Below, piece by piece: positions 12,493 through 23,939 of a stretch of DNA of 64,000 nt. Below the pieces are notes generated by a model. The model ran no database searches and was not told where the DNA came from. It saw nothing but the letters and a program-made list of their open reading frames with translations. The stretch is taken from positions 11,408,001 through 11,472,000 of the forward strand of contig NC_043009.1 of NCBI RefSeq assembly GCF_006345805.1. Reading direction: 5' to 3'. Numbering within the stretch: the first letter of the stretch is position 1; each line of letters begins with the position of its first letter. The translations under genes were made by a program, and so were the position numbers. Source of the DNA: Octopus sinensis (Eukaryota).

Positions 12493-13858
12493 AGGCACTA
12501 ACCTTTTACTTACACGGTGCTGTATCGACTAGGCTATGTTTTGAATAAAGCTAATAAGGATACGTAAAATAATATATTTCGTAATCTCCTATTCCATGCC
12601 TAAGCAAGAATTCCATTACGTTTTTTATTTCCGCCTTCTTATATTATTTTTTTAAAGTAGTGTACGCACTGAAGTGCTAGAAAAAGGCATAACGGCAATT
12701 TTTCTGTTTTCCCTCTCCAAAAGCTCTGCGGCGGCATGCCTAAATAACGATTCAGAAAATCATTATTTTGCATGCGCGTCTTGTTTTCTTTCCTCGTAAC
12801 TTTTGTTGTTTTTTTAAAGTAAATTTGGCTGATTCCCATTGTACGATGCATGCTTGCATTATGCATGCAACCTAACTCGAAAGATTTTCATTGAATAAAC
12901 GGCTCTATGCGTTCATACTTTAAGTCAATTTTTTGCATTCCTTTTCTTTCTTTTTTTGTTTTTCGTTTTAGCGTTCTTGTATAATAAATCTATCTTTCTG
13001 CACTAAAAGCATTGGCAGCGAAGCCAAATTTAATTTAATATGTTTAAGAGAAACGAAAGTAACAACATGCGCGTATTCGACAGCCATCTTGAAACTCCAT
13101 TTGCCAAACAAGGGCTTTATAGAAATAGATTGCAATCATTATTTTACTTTGCTACTAATTAGACACGTCACAAAGTGTTAAATTTGCAAAACATTAAATT
13201 GTGGTTTCATGTAATCAAACGATTTCCCAAAAGTGTGAACTTATTAAAGATATTTCCCATTTTAAATTACATATCTCACATAGGATCTATTAACCAGGAA
13301 AGTTAAAATAAAGGAATGAATTTCTTCCTTAACTATTTCTTATCTATTTCTTCAGTCGATTATTTCTATCAGTCACCTATAATCGCATCTTAATTGTAAG
13401 TTATTAGAATTACGCCAATAAATAATTCACTCAGTATATGGATCTTCAAAATGCTTCCTTGAAAAATGTTATTATGTATGCCAAAACGACAATATTAGTC
13501 TATGAATAATACTATTTTTATTTTCTTTGGCAAGTACAAGAGACAACTCTATATGTTTTGACATTGTTAACGAAACATTGTTATTGTGTTCATTGAAATT
13601 GTAATCAAAGTGTAATCATAAAAATGTAAATAGTAACTGTATAATTTGTTTAATGTAGCAAATAAAACTGTTTTAGGCATCAAATATTAAAATAAAGTTA
13701 GTGTAAACATATTTAAGAAACAGAGTATTAACAATCCAATTAGAAATTGTTATGTCAAGGAAATAGATATACGTGGAAGAAAGTTAAGTAGAAAGAAATA
13801 TTTGTGAAACATTTACATTCTAAACAAAGAACCACGGGCAAAAATGAAAAGTATATAT

Positions 13859-14087
13859 ATTTCTTTACTGCCCACAAGGGGCTAAACATAGAGGGGACAA
13901 ACAAAGAAAGACAGAAGGATTAGGTCGATTACATCGATCCTAGTGCGTAACTGGCACTTTATTTATCGACCCCGAAAGGATGAAAGGCAAAGTCGACCTC
14001 GGCGGAATTTGAACTCAGAACGTAGCGGCAGACGAAATACTGCTACGCATTTCGCCCGGCGTGCTAACGTTTCTGCAGCTCGCCGCC
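13859..14087 (-). mobile_element. Family B SINE (young subfamily) with 16-bp TSD
   Basis: Full head GGCGGCGAGC...; flanked by AATGAAAAGTATATAT (13843-13858) and AATGAAGAGTATATAT (14092-14107). Confidence 0.92.
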
Positions 14088-14563
14088 TTATAATGAAGAG
14101 TATATATTTGAGGAAACATTGGGAGCAACCAGTGGAACTCGAACCTACGAATGCGTTATGATGACATTGCCATATTACAAAATGCAATGCTAGAAACAGG
14201 CATTATATAATGAGTGGGGAATAATATTTGGGGGACCTAATCGAGTGAAATCAAATCGAAATAGGTAGGAGAGGAACAAAAGGCTCACATCATAGGATTG
14301 AAAACAATCGCAAAATTTCCCTCGGTTGGCATAAAGAAAGTAGTGTAAGACTTGTTGCTTCCTATCAACATAGTCTTTAGGGTCAACAAGAACACGTAGA
14401 GGACAGTTCCTTGTATATCCCAACGGTACGATTTATGTGTATCACTTTGTTTTACACGTAAAGGTAAATCCTCCATTCAGTTCCTAGTTAACCAACTTAA
14501 ACACCAGTAAACTACATGAAAATTTGTCTCTGTGTTCTGTGTAAATTTTATATTGTACATACT

Positions 14564-14794
14564 TATTTCTTTATGACCTACAAGGGGCTAAACATAGAGG
14601 GGACAAACAAGGACAGACATAGGTATTAAGTCGATTATATCGACCCAAGTGCGTAACTGGCACTTAATTTATCGACCCTGAAAGGATGAAAGACAAAGTC
14701 GACCACGGCGGAATTTGAACTCAGAACGTAACGACAAGCAAAATACTGCTAAGCATTTCGCCTGGCGTGCTAACGTTTCTGCCAGCTCGCCGCC
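14564..14794 (-). mobile_element. Family B SINE (young) with 11-bp TSD
   Basis: Flanked by TTGTACATACT on both sides. Confidence 0.92.
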
Positions 14795-15761
14795 TTTGTA
14801 CATACTATTGTATGCTACACGTAACGGTTGCAACGCCCACATTAAAACAAAGGTAATAATACTTTTCTATAAAGAGAACTTTAAGAAAATCTAGAGCGAC
14901 GAATGGATGAAACATCCTCGTAGCAGTGTATACCCCACTAAACAACTGCCTGATTTCTATAGCCAGCTGGCCCTATGCAATCATACAGAAATCTGGCCAC
15001 GTCAGAACGTTGTCTAACCTGCATTCTTCGAAATATCGTAAAACCTCTCTGTGTCCAGTACACCAACAACACACAGACCACTTTGTGTTGTACAGCCCAA
15101 CCACTTTGATACAACAACCGATGCATGCTTCAATTAGATTTTGAATGACAATGTGAAGAAACGGGAAGAAGGGATACTATACGGAACAGCAGAATGGCAC
15201 TTCGTTATATTTCCTCTTCTCTAACGTTGCCGGTAAAAGTAGAGATGTTTGGTAGATGCTGCTTTATTATTTTGTATTCACATTTCTACTTGATTGATAC
15301 AGATACAGAAATTGTGAAAGTTTGTAAGTATGACGTTATTTGCATATATCGCTGTGTATGTTTTGCCATGAGAGGAAGTTGTATAAGTAGATAATAAAAG
15401 AACAGAATGTGTTCCTTATGGTAAATACTTGAATCTGTTGCTTTCGAATTTTCCATAGGTTTTGCGATGCGATAGCTAATTTGCTAGCTAAATATTTGGT
15501 TGTTTGGTGATTTATGGAGGCGTTCAATGTTTTATATGAGTGTGTAGCAAGAAATAAAGACGAAATGTTTGTTGACAATGGTAGGAGCTAAGATTTTTCA
15601 GGTTTGGGAATGTTCTTGTTTGTTTGTTTAAGTTACCATGAGTGTTATGCGTGAGGCTTGTAAGTAGTCTTCACTGAGTATAAAAGTAAGAATCTGTTCT
15701 GTGCGAAGGAGGAAAAAATGGGGAAATGACAATAGTTTGGCCGCTGGTATATACTATTTTC

Positions 15762-16167
15762 TCTCTTTTCCTTTTTTACTTGTTTCAGTCATTTGACTGT
15801 GGCCATGCTGGAGCACTGCCTTTAGTCGAGCAAATCGACCCCAGGACTTGTTCTTTGTAAGCCTAGTACTTATTCTATCGGTCTAAAAATAAGTTACGAA
15901 CCGCTAAGTTACGGGGACGTAAACACACCAGCATCGGTTGTCAAGGGATCTTGGCGGGGGGGGGACAAGCACAGACACACAAACATAACACACACATATA
16001 TACATACATATATACCACGGCTTCTTTCAGTTTCCGTCTACCAAATCCCCTCACAAGGCTTTGGTGGGCCCGAGGCTATAGTAGAAGATACTTGCCCAAG
16101 GTGCCATGCAGTGGAACTGAACCTGGAACCATGTGGTTGGTTAGCAAGCTACTTACCACACAGCCAC
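15762..16167 (-). mobile_element. Family A SINE
   Basis: Full-length match to the other A copies. Confidence 0.9.
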
Positions 16168-16861
16168 GTAGAAATATATTTCTCAACTTTTTTAACGCTT
16201 CAACTGATGAATTCATTTTCAGATGATGCAACACAATCATATTGCACTTGTGAAGAAAATATTGATAATAGTAGTATGATAGTGCCATTGGTGATGATCC
16301 TTTTTTTCTCTTTGTCGTGTTAGTGCAAGGCATTATAGCATATGTATTTAGAAGTCCTGCAACAATGTTTTAGCTGCCCTTGAACATTCCAGCTTCAAAC
16401 TGTTTGTCACGTCTCTGACCTATGCTTATGTGTCAATTAGGACTAATGGCAAAACAGCAAAGCATTCGCTAGTTCTGTACTGCAGCCATTTGTTGCAGAT
16501 ATGAACTAGCATCGAGGTAAATTTTATAATTAAATGGGCAATCTACATCAACGATATATTATGTGAAATTTCGATATAGAAGATCGATCGATTGATCGAT
16601 AGATAGATAGATAAACGGCAGTAAAGTGTGATTGTTTTGTATTTGTGAATGTGAAAACGCAGGCTGGAAAGCAGAACATTTTCCAATAGAAGTCGGATGT
16701 AGAGGGTTCGTTGACACAGTGTGAGACGACTGTTGTTATTACTAGTCCTAACTCACCGATATCCAAACTATAGTGGAGAAGGCTAGCCACTGGATTTGGT
16801 TAAAAAGAGACGATGACTGATGGCTAGAAGAATATTGAGCTTTATTTGATAACCAGCTGAT

Positions 16862-16973
16862 CCAGCAAGTGGGGCCTCATATCAGTGAGGGGGGCCGGTG
16901 CGCATTGATGCCGTCGAGAGGTAGGCCCGGAAATGGCGCGCATTCTCTCCTGATGACCCCATACACTTGCTGG
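16862..16973 (+). other. GC-rich island folding as one long imperfect hairpin and carrying ETS/YY1-like motifs
   Basis: CCAGCAAGTG and CACTTGCTGG close the stem, with further nested complementary segments. CCGGAAATGGCG lies inside. Confidence 0.45.
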
Positions 16974-17257
16974 CTTCTAGTATGCGGAGTTTTTGAATGG
17001 TAGCACTTGCATGTGCAAGCTGTTTGCAAGATATCCTGATACTTTACCTGATATTTAAAGTGCGTATTAGTCTCGCGTTACAAAAATCTAACCGCCTCTT
17101 CTACACTGGATAATAATACACACTGAATAAACAAGTACAGTTGTGCGTTAATTGTCTGTGTTTGTTTATTATATCACAATTAGTCTACAATCTACTGTAC
17201 ATTTTTATTGGTCTTAATCTCTTCTTTGCCGTAAGTACAAATACAATATAAATATTG

Positions 17258-17716
17258 GTTTCAAACGTTTGCACAAGGCCAGCAATTCCGTGGCTGGGGC
17301 TAAGTCGATTACATTGATCCCTGTATTCTATTGTACTTACTTTATCAACTCCAAAAGAATGAAAGGTAAAGTTGACCTCGGTGGATTTTGAACTCAGAAC
17401 GTAAGGACAAGCGAAATGTCTATTTCTTTACTACCGACAAGGGACTAAACACAGAGGGGACAAACAAGGACAGACAAACGTATTAAGTTGATTACATCAA
17501 CCCCAGTATGTAACTGGTACTTAATTTATCGACCCCGAAAGGATGAAAGGCAAAGTCGACCTCGGTGGAATTGAACTCAGAACGTAACGGCAGACGAAAT
17601 ACCGCTAAGAATTTTGCCCGGCGTGCTAATGTTTCTGCCAGCTCGCCGCCTTGACACAAGCGAAACGCCGCTAAGCATTTTGCTTGGCGTGCTAACGTTT
17701 TCGCCAGTGCTCCGCC
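17258..17716 (-). mobile_element. Young family B SINE (17420-17650) nested inside an older family B SINE
   Basis: Old head at 17651-17716 and old body at 17258-17419. The 13-bp TSD is ACAAGCGAAATGT (17407-17419) / ACAAGCGAAACGC (17656-17668). Confidence 0.85.
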
Positions 17717-17934
17717 TTCACACATTATAAAACATGACATAAAATAAAAATGCTTTGGACACCAGCCACTCATTAATTATGCAGTTAAAAGAACAAGTAA
17801 GAATGTCAAGATTAAAACCTAAATTATGCATGCTCATATATGAGGTAAAAGCTAAGTAACATTGGTCGAGAACAAATATTCCTTTGGTCACCAGCAAGTG
17901 CGAAGGGCACTACCTGGTGTCCCCTCAACGTAGC

Positions 17935-17946
17935 GGCAGCAGCAGC

Positions 17947-18008
<62 letters not shown>

Positions 18009-18025
18009 CGGCAGCAGCAACAGTA
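17935..18025. repeat. (TAG)n/(CAG)n microsatellite
   Basis: Direct reading. Confidence 0.95.
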
Positions 18026-18175
18026 GCGGATAACAGAAATACTAACAGAAACGTTCATCAGATAATCGGTCATTCTTTTGCCGTCTCATTTCTTATATAT
18101 ACATATTACTCGACCTCTGGTATTTGAATACTCATTTTTCCACCTTGTTTCACATTTATGTGCTTACTTCCGTAC

Positions 18176-18219
<44 letters not shown>

Positions 18220-18274
18220 GTAAAATAATATGTGACAATTATTCAGTAGCCAAGATAAAACTCCTTCGATTATC

Positions 18275-18348
18275 TGGCCAGATAACCGAAGAGATGGTGT
18301 TGTGGACTTCCACTTCGGCATCCGAAACTCAGAGTTTTATCTTGGCTA
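18275..18348 (+). ncRNA. Type I hammerhead ribozyme-like motif, copy 1 (variant core)
   Basis: Stem I is 18275-18285 with 18337-18348 (6 bp, bulge, 5 bp). Core CCGAAGA is at 18286-18292, followed by an extended stem II and GAAA at 18324-18327. Stem III is ACTC-A-GAGT, with a GUU site ending at 18336. Folded by hand only. Confidence 0.55.
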
Positions 18349-18444
18349 ATGATAATTATCACATATTAATTTACAGATAAATTTCCTCTATTTACATAAT
18401 ATTGAGGTCTCTTTCTTTCTTTTGTTATCTCACCGTTTTTACCA

Positions 18445-18475
<31 letters not shown>

Positions 18476-18540
18476 ATATATATCTGTAAAATAATATGTG
18501 ACAATTATTCAGTAGCCAAGATAAAACTCCTTCGATTATC

Positions 18541-18614
18541 TGGCCAGATAACCGAAGAGATGGTGTTGTGGACTTCCACTTCGGCATCCGAAACTCAGAG
18601 TTTTATCTTGGCTA
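18541..18614 (+). ncRNA. Type I hammerhead ribozyme-like motif, copy 2
   Basis: Identical to copy 1 at offset +266 (core 18552-18558, GAAA 18590-18593). Confidence 0.55.
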
Positions 18615-18708
18615 ATGAATAATTATCACATATTAATTTACAGATAAATTTCCTCTATTTACATAATATTGAGGTCTCTTTCTTTCTTTTGTTATCTCAC
18701 CGTTTTTA

Positions 18709-18765
<57 letters not shown>

Positions 18766-18993
18766 ATATATACAAACATGTGTTTGTGTGTATATGGGTG
18801 TATATGTATTCAGGTAGGTAGGTAGGTAGGCAGGTAGCTAGGTCCGAAATCTGTTTGCATATAAGCTGTACAAACGTAGCTGGGGCTAAGTCGATTACAT
18901 TGACCCTAGCATTGAACTGGTACTTACTTTATTAATAGGTTTTGAAAACTACATTTTGTTGATATGATGGTCTTTAATATATAATAAAAATAA

Positions 18994-19242
18994 ATGTGCC
19001 CTTTTAAAGCCTAGCCAGGCTCATGGGCCCGGTTTCCCGGTTTCTATGGCGTATGTGTAACCCAGCTGAACGGGACGCTTGTCCATCGCAGCGTTACTCA
19101 TTTTTGTCAGCTGAGTGGACTGGAGCAACGTGAAATGAAGTGTTTTGCTCAAGAACACGACGCATCGCCAGATCCAGGAATTGAAACTATAATCTTACGA
19201 TCATGATGCTGACACTCTAACCACTAAGCCAAGCATCTCCAC
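18994..19242 (-). mobile_element. CORE-type tRNA SINE (family D), full length
   Basis: Head TGGCTTAGTGGTTAGAG, CORE-like CACTTCATTTCACGTTGCTCCAGTCCACTCAGCTG...AAATGAGT, and tail GCGATGGAC...GGCTAGGCTTTAAAAGGGCAC. Confidence 0.8.
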
Positions 19243-19645
19243 ACTCTTTAATATATACAGGCCCTGAAATTTGGAGAAAGAACTTTTTCGATTACATCAT
19301 CACCTGCACTTGACTATGTTTTATCCACTCCGAGGCAATTAAAGGCAAAGTCGACTTTGGTGAATTTTGAACACAGAATGTAAAGCCGGAACCCATGCGA
19401 ATGTGCATTTTGTCCGCTATGCTAACGATCCTGCTAATTCGAGTTGGTAAAATACAAACAGAAAATGCCAATGAAAATAGTTGATATCTGAAAGTACAGG
19501 TGATAGCTAGGGCAGAGTTGGCTGCATTATTAGCATACAGGACAATGTGATTAGCTGCCTCTCTCTTGCTCTTTCCGTTCTCATTTCAAATCCTGAAATT
19601 GTCATCTTTGCCTTTCATCACTTCAGAGTTGTTACGATACAGTGC

Positions 19646-19863
19646 CTATTTCTTTACTACCCGCAAGGGGCTAAACACAGAGAGAACAAACAAGGACAGA
19701 CAAACGGATTAAGTCGATTATATCGACCCCAGTGCGTAACTGGTACTTATTTAATCGACCCCGAAAGTATGAAAGGCAAAGTCAACCTCGGCTGATTTTG
19801 AACTCTGAACGTAGCGGCAGACGAAATACCGCTAAGCATTTCGCCCGGCGTGCTAACGGTTCT
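19646..19863 (-). mobile_element. Family B SINE (young, slightly 5'-truncated)
   Basis: Near-identical to 13859-14087. Confidence 0.9.
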
Positions 19864-20454
19864 GAAATAAAGTTGCATTACTTCACAGGCATGAGTAATG
19901 TTTTTGTTTTTTAAACCCGTATGAACGCCACACAATCTCCTTTTTATATTGTCTACAACAATTTGAAATTTTATTCGTACGTCTCAAATCAACACACATG
20001 CGTGCGGGGAATGGTGAGCATACACACATTCGTAGTTCAATCATTAGAGATATATTTGGGTCGCTTGTTGGTCGATATAAATCTACTGATTAAAAGCCAC
20101 CATTTGGTACAGATATGGTATTTCAGTTAAGATTCATAGAAATGTTTTCCGTGTTTTCTCTCCGAAACAAAATTCATTCTAAATTAGTGTTAGCGGATCA
20201 AATGTCAGAAAAAATTGATCAGCTCATGTTTCTAGGTTACATTGACATAACTTCTAACTCTAACTACTCCATAATTAATTAAACGTATTATAATATATGC
20301 ACTGAGTGAATGATTGATTATAGGGTGTGTAGGTGTGAATGGAAAATCACACAGAAATCTCACTTACACCCATACACCTACATGCACGCTATCGCGCATG
20401 CACAAAAATGCATGACACCATAGATACATAGGAATATATATATATAAATTTGTG

Positions 20455-21080
<626 letters not shown>

Positions 21081-22077
21081 CGATAATGTAGGTACATAGA
21101 TTTGTGCACTTGTCACAATACACATCTAAATCATACAAATCGTAGATGTTACATTATCTGTTATTAGACGGCTCTGTGCTCGTGCATGCGTGCAGAGTGC
21201 GTGTTGTTACATAACTATGAAATACTGATATTGATATATAAGCCTCAACACATGCTTACAAATAGCTACTTACACATTCCTTTACTGTTTTCGATCTGGT
21301 TTACCTCGCTTAACCTTTCACCTACTCTTACATTATATCTCTCTTCGTTTCCCCGTAATATCATCATCGTTTCGTCATCGTCGTCATCGCCAACCTCATC
21401 AATCTTTATCATCATCGTTTTGATATTTTTCGAATAAAAATGTGTGCTTTGCTCAGACTAAATTATATATGATCAATCAATAACCAAATATTAAAGGTAA
21501 ATTATTTCCAGTTCATTATAAACAAAACTTACTGAATGCTTTAAATTGAACATACAATTCAGTAAAATGCTGGTATTATGGTATTAGGCACACTCAACGT
21601 CACTATGGTTATATATATATTCAAAATAAGCAACAAGAATGATTCCGGTAAATTGGTACGATCGTTTCGTACTACATCATTTTATTAAATGCTGTAAGTA
21701 TTACAACAGTTTTAAAATGCTGAGCACTTATCAGCCAATTATAGAGATTTTCCATTAATACACAAATTTTCGTATCATGTGGCAACATTATAGAGAAGGT
21801 AGATATATAGACAAAGATGTGGATTTAAATTTTAAGAACATTTGAGGTAGTGGAGCCCATCAAATGACTGACTAAGATACAGTTGTTCCAGACTACTGTA
21901 ATGTTCTGAGAGGGAAGAACAAATGAAAAGAGACAATAAAGATTTTCTATATAGAAATGGGGTAAAGTGGATGTCATAGCTCCACATAAGGAATTTATGT
22001 AGAAGAGAGAATTGTCACAACTAAATGCCAATTACTACTATTTGATGAACAGATTCAGCGTTAGGAGAACTAGGTCA

Positions 22078-22131
<54 letters not shown>

Positions 22132-22354
22132 TATATATATATATGGTGAGAGAGACAAGTAGATCGATAGATAGATAGATAAATAGATAGAAAGTTGGAG
22201 AGAGGAATTAAAATAAAAGAATGAAGGCGTTTTAGATACGGAATATAACCTTATAGACTCTCTTACAGCTGTTTCTAGAATAGCCAAGCATGTGGATCAT
22301 GATCCACATTGTGCCGAAATTCCTCGCATATTCTATATATATATGTATGTGTGT

Positions 22355-22640
22355 GGAGGCGCAATGGCCCAGTGGTTAGGGCAGCGGAATCGCGGTTTCG
22401 ATTCCCAGACCGGGCATTGTGTGTGTTTATTGAGCGAAAACACCTAAAGCTCCACGAGGCTCTGCCAGGGAGTGGTGGCGATCCCTGTTGTACTCTTTCA
22501 TCCCAACTTTCTCTCACTCTTTCTTCCTCCTTCTTGAGTAACGCTGCGATGGACTGGCGACGGGGGCGGGACACATACGACACAGAAACCGCGAAACCGG
22601 ACCCACGATCCTTGCTAGGCTTGAAAAGGGCGCATAAAAA
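22355..22640 (+). mobile_element. Chimeric SINE: family C head and body with family D tail
   Basis: 22355-22534 matches the head and body of 38895-39279. From TGAGTAACGCTGCGATGG (22535) it matches the tail of 18994-19242. Confidence 0.75.
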
Positions 22641-22658
22641 TTATATATATATATATAT

Positions 22659-22871
22659 ACTCTTTTACTCTCTTTTATTTGTTTCATTCATTTGACTGTG
22701 GCCATGCTGGAGCACCGCCTTTAGTCGACCAAATCGATCCCAGGACTTATTCTTTGTAAGCCAAGTACTTATTCTATCGGTCTTATTTGCAGTACCATTA
22801 AGTTACGGGGACCTAAACACACCAGCGTCAGTTATCAAGCGATGTTGTGGAGACAAACACAGACACACAAA

Positions 22872-22915
<44 letters not shown>

Positions 22916-23133
22916 GCGCGCCATACATGCATACATATATATATGTGTGTGTGTGTGTGTATATATATATATACATATATACGACGAGCTTCTTTCAGTT
23001 TCCCTCTACCAAATCCACTCACAACGCTTTGGTCGGCCCGAGGGTACTGTAGAAGATACTTGCCGAAGGTGCTACGCAGTGGGACGGAACCCAGAACCAT
23101 GTAGTTCGTAAGCAAGCTACTTACCACACAGCC
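22659..23133 (-). mobile_element. Family A SINE with expanded internal (CA)n
   Basis: Full match to family A. Confidence 0.9.
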
Positions 23134-23889
23134 TATATATATAGAGAGTGAGAATAAGCCGTTTATGGCTGCAGCTTCCAAACGCATTGGTTATATTGAC
23201 GATACCGGAAAATGGTCTCTGCTTTTTACTGTAGAGCCAACGGGAATGTGGAGGGATATAAGCAATGGAGTTGCATTGAAAGTATTAATGAATGCTTTTA
23301 CTCCGTATTACTTTCCTTGTTAAATAGTTTTGTTCTTTAAAACATTTTATGTGTCGAGTGTTTGTGTTCGCTTGTTAATTGTTTACTTTTGGAGATTGAG
23401 CTAAGTTCCTGATATATATATTAATTTCAAAATGTAACCTTTTCAATTACAGATGTGAGAGTCTTTCTGTCTTCTTTCTTTTAACTTCATAAGAAAACAA
23501 GTTACGTAGGATTGAAAATTGAAAAGCAAATATTTGGCAGAGACACATTTAACAACGCAACTATCTGAATGTAATTTAAATATTTCAAACTGAATATGAA
23601 AGCAAGAAATAAAGTTTCTACAGCTGTGTTACGATATATAGACACTATTGTACCACATCCATTTAATGTTTTGTATCGATGGAAAGACTTTGCGTAAGAA
23701 ACGGATAATGTGATTTAAATATTTTGTCGAATGATTTAAGTAAACATAGGAAATCTACAACGCATTTTCTCACAAAATATTCTTTTGACCATTTTCCTAG
23801 TTAATAACTATTGTCTGCATTAACCGTTTACTTATTCTATATGCCAGAGATATACACACATATATATGCATAAATATATACACATACAC

Positions 23890-23939
<50 letters not shown>

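Larger units (their letters stand above)
18216..18712 (+). mobile_element. Tandem dimer of a 266-bp highly self-complementary unit (retrozyme/Penelope-like)
   Basis: 18216-18445 and 18482-18712 are identical except for a 1-nt indel and are separated by (TA)n. Each has about 60-bp inverted arms centred on TCTGG|CCAGA. Confidence 0.75.

Noticed and set aside
14190-14476. Overlapping minus-strand ORFs ending at a GTGAGC donor
   Set aside because: There is no credible acceptor and no recognisable domain.
16925-16960. GAAA...CTGATGA in the GC hairpin read as a hammerhead, C/D box or SECIS
   Set aside because: Stems II and III do not form, there is no matched C/D geometry, and there is no RUGA/GA quartet with an AA loop.
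17048-17122. 75-nt minus-strand exon with CAG|GTAAAGTAT donor
   Set aside because: It has stops in all three frames. It could only be a UTR exon, and there is no supporting evidence.
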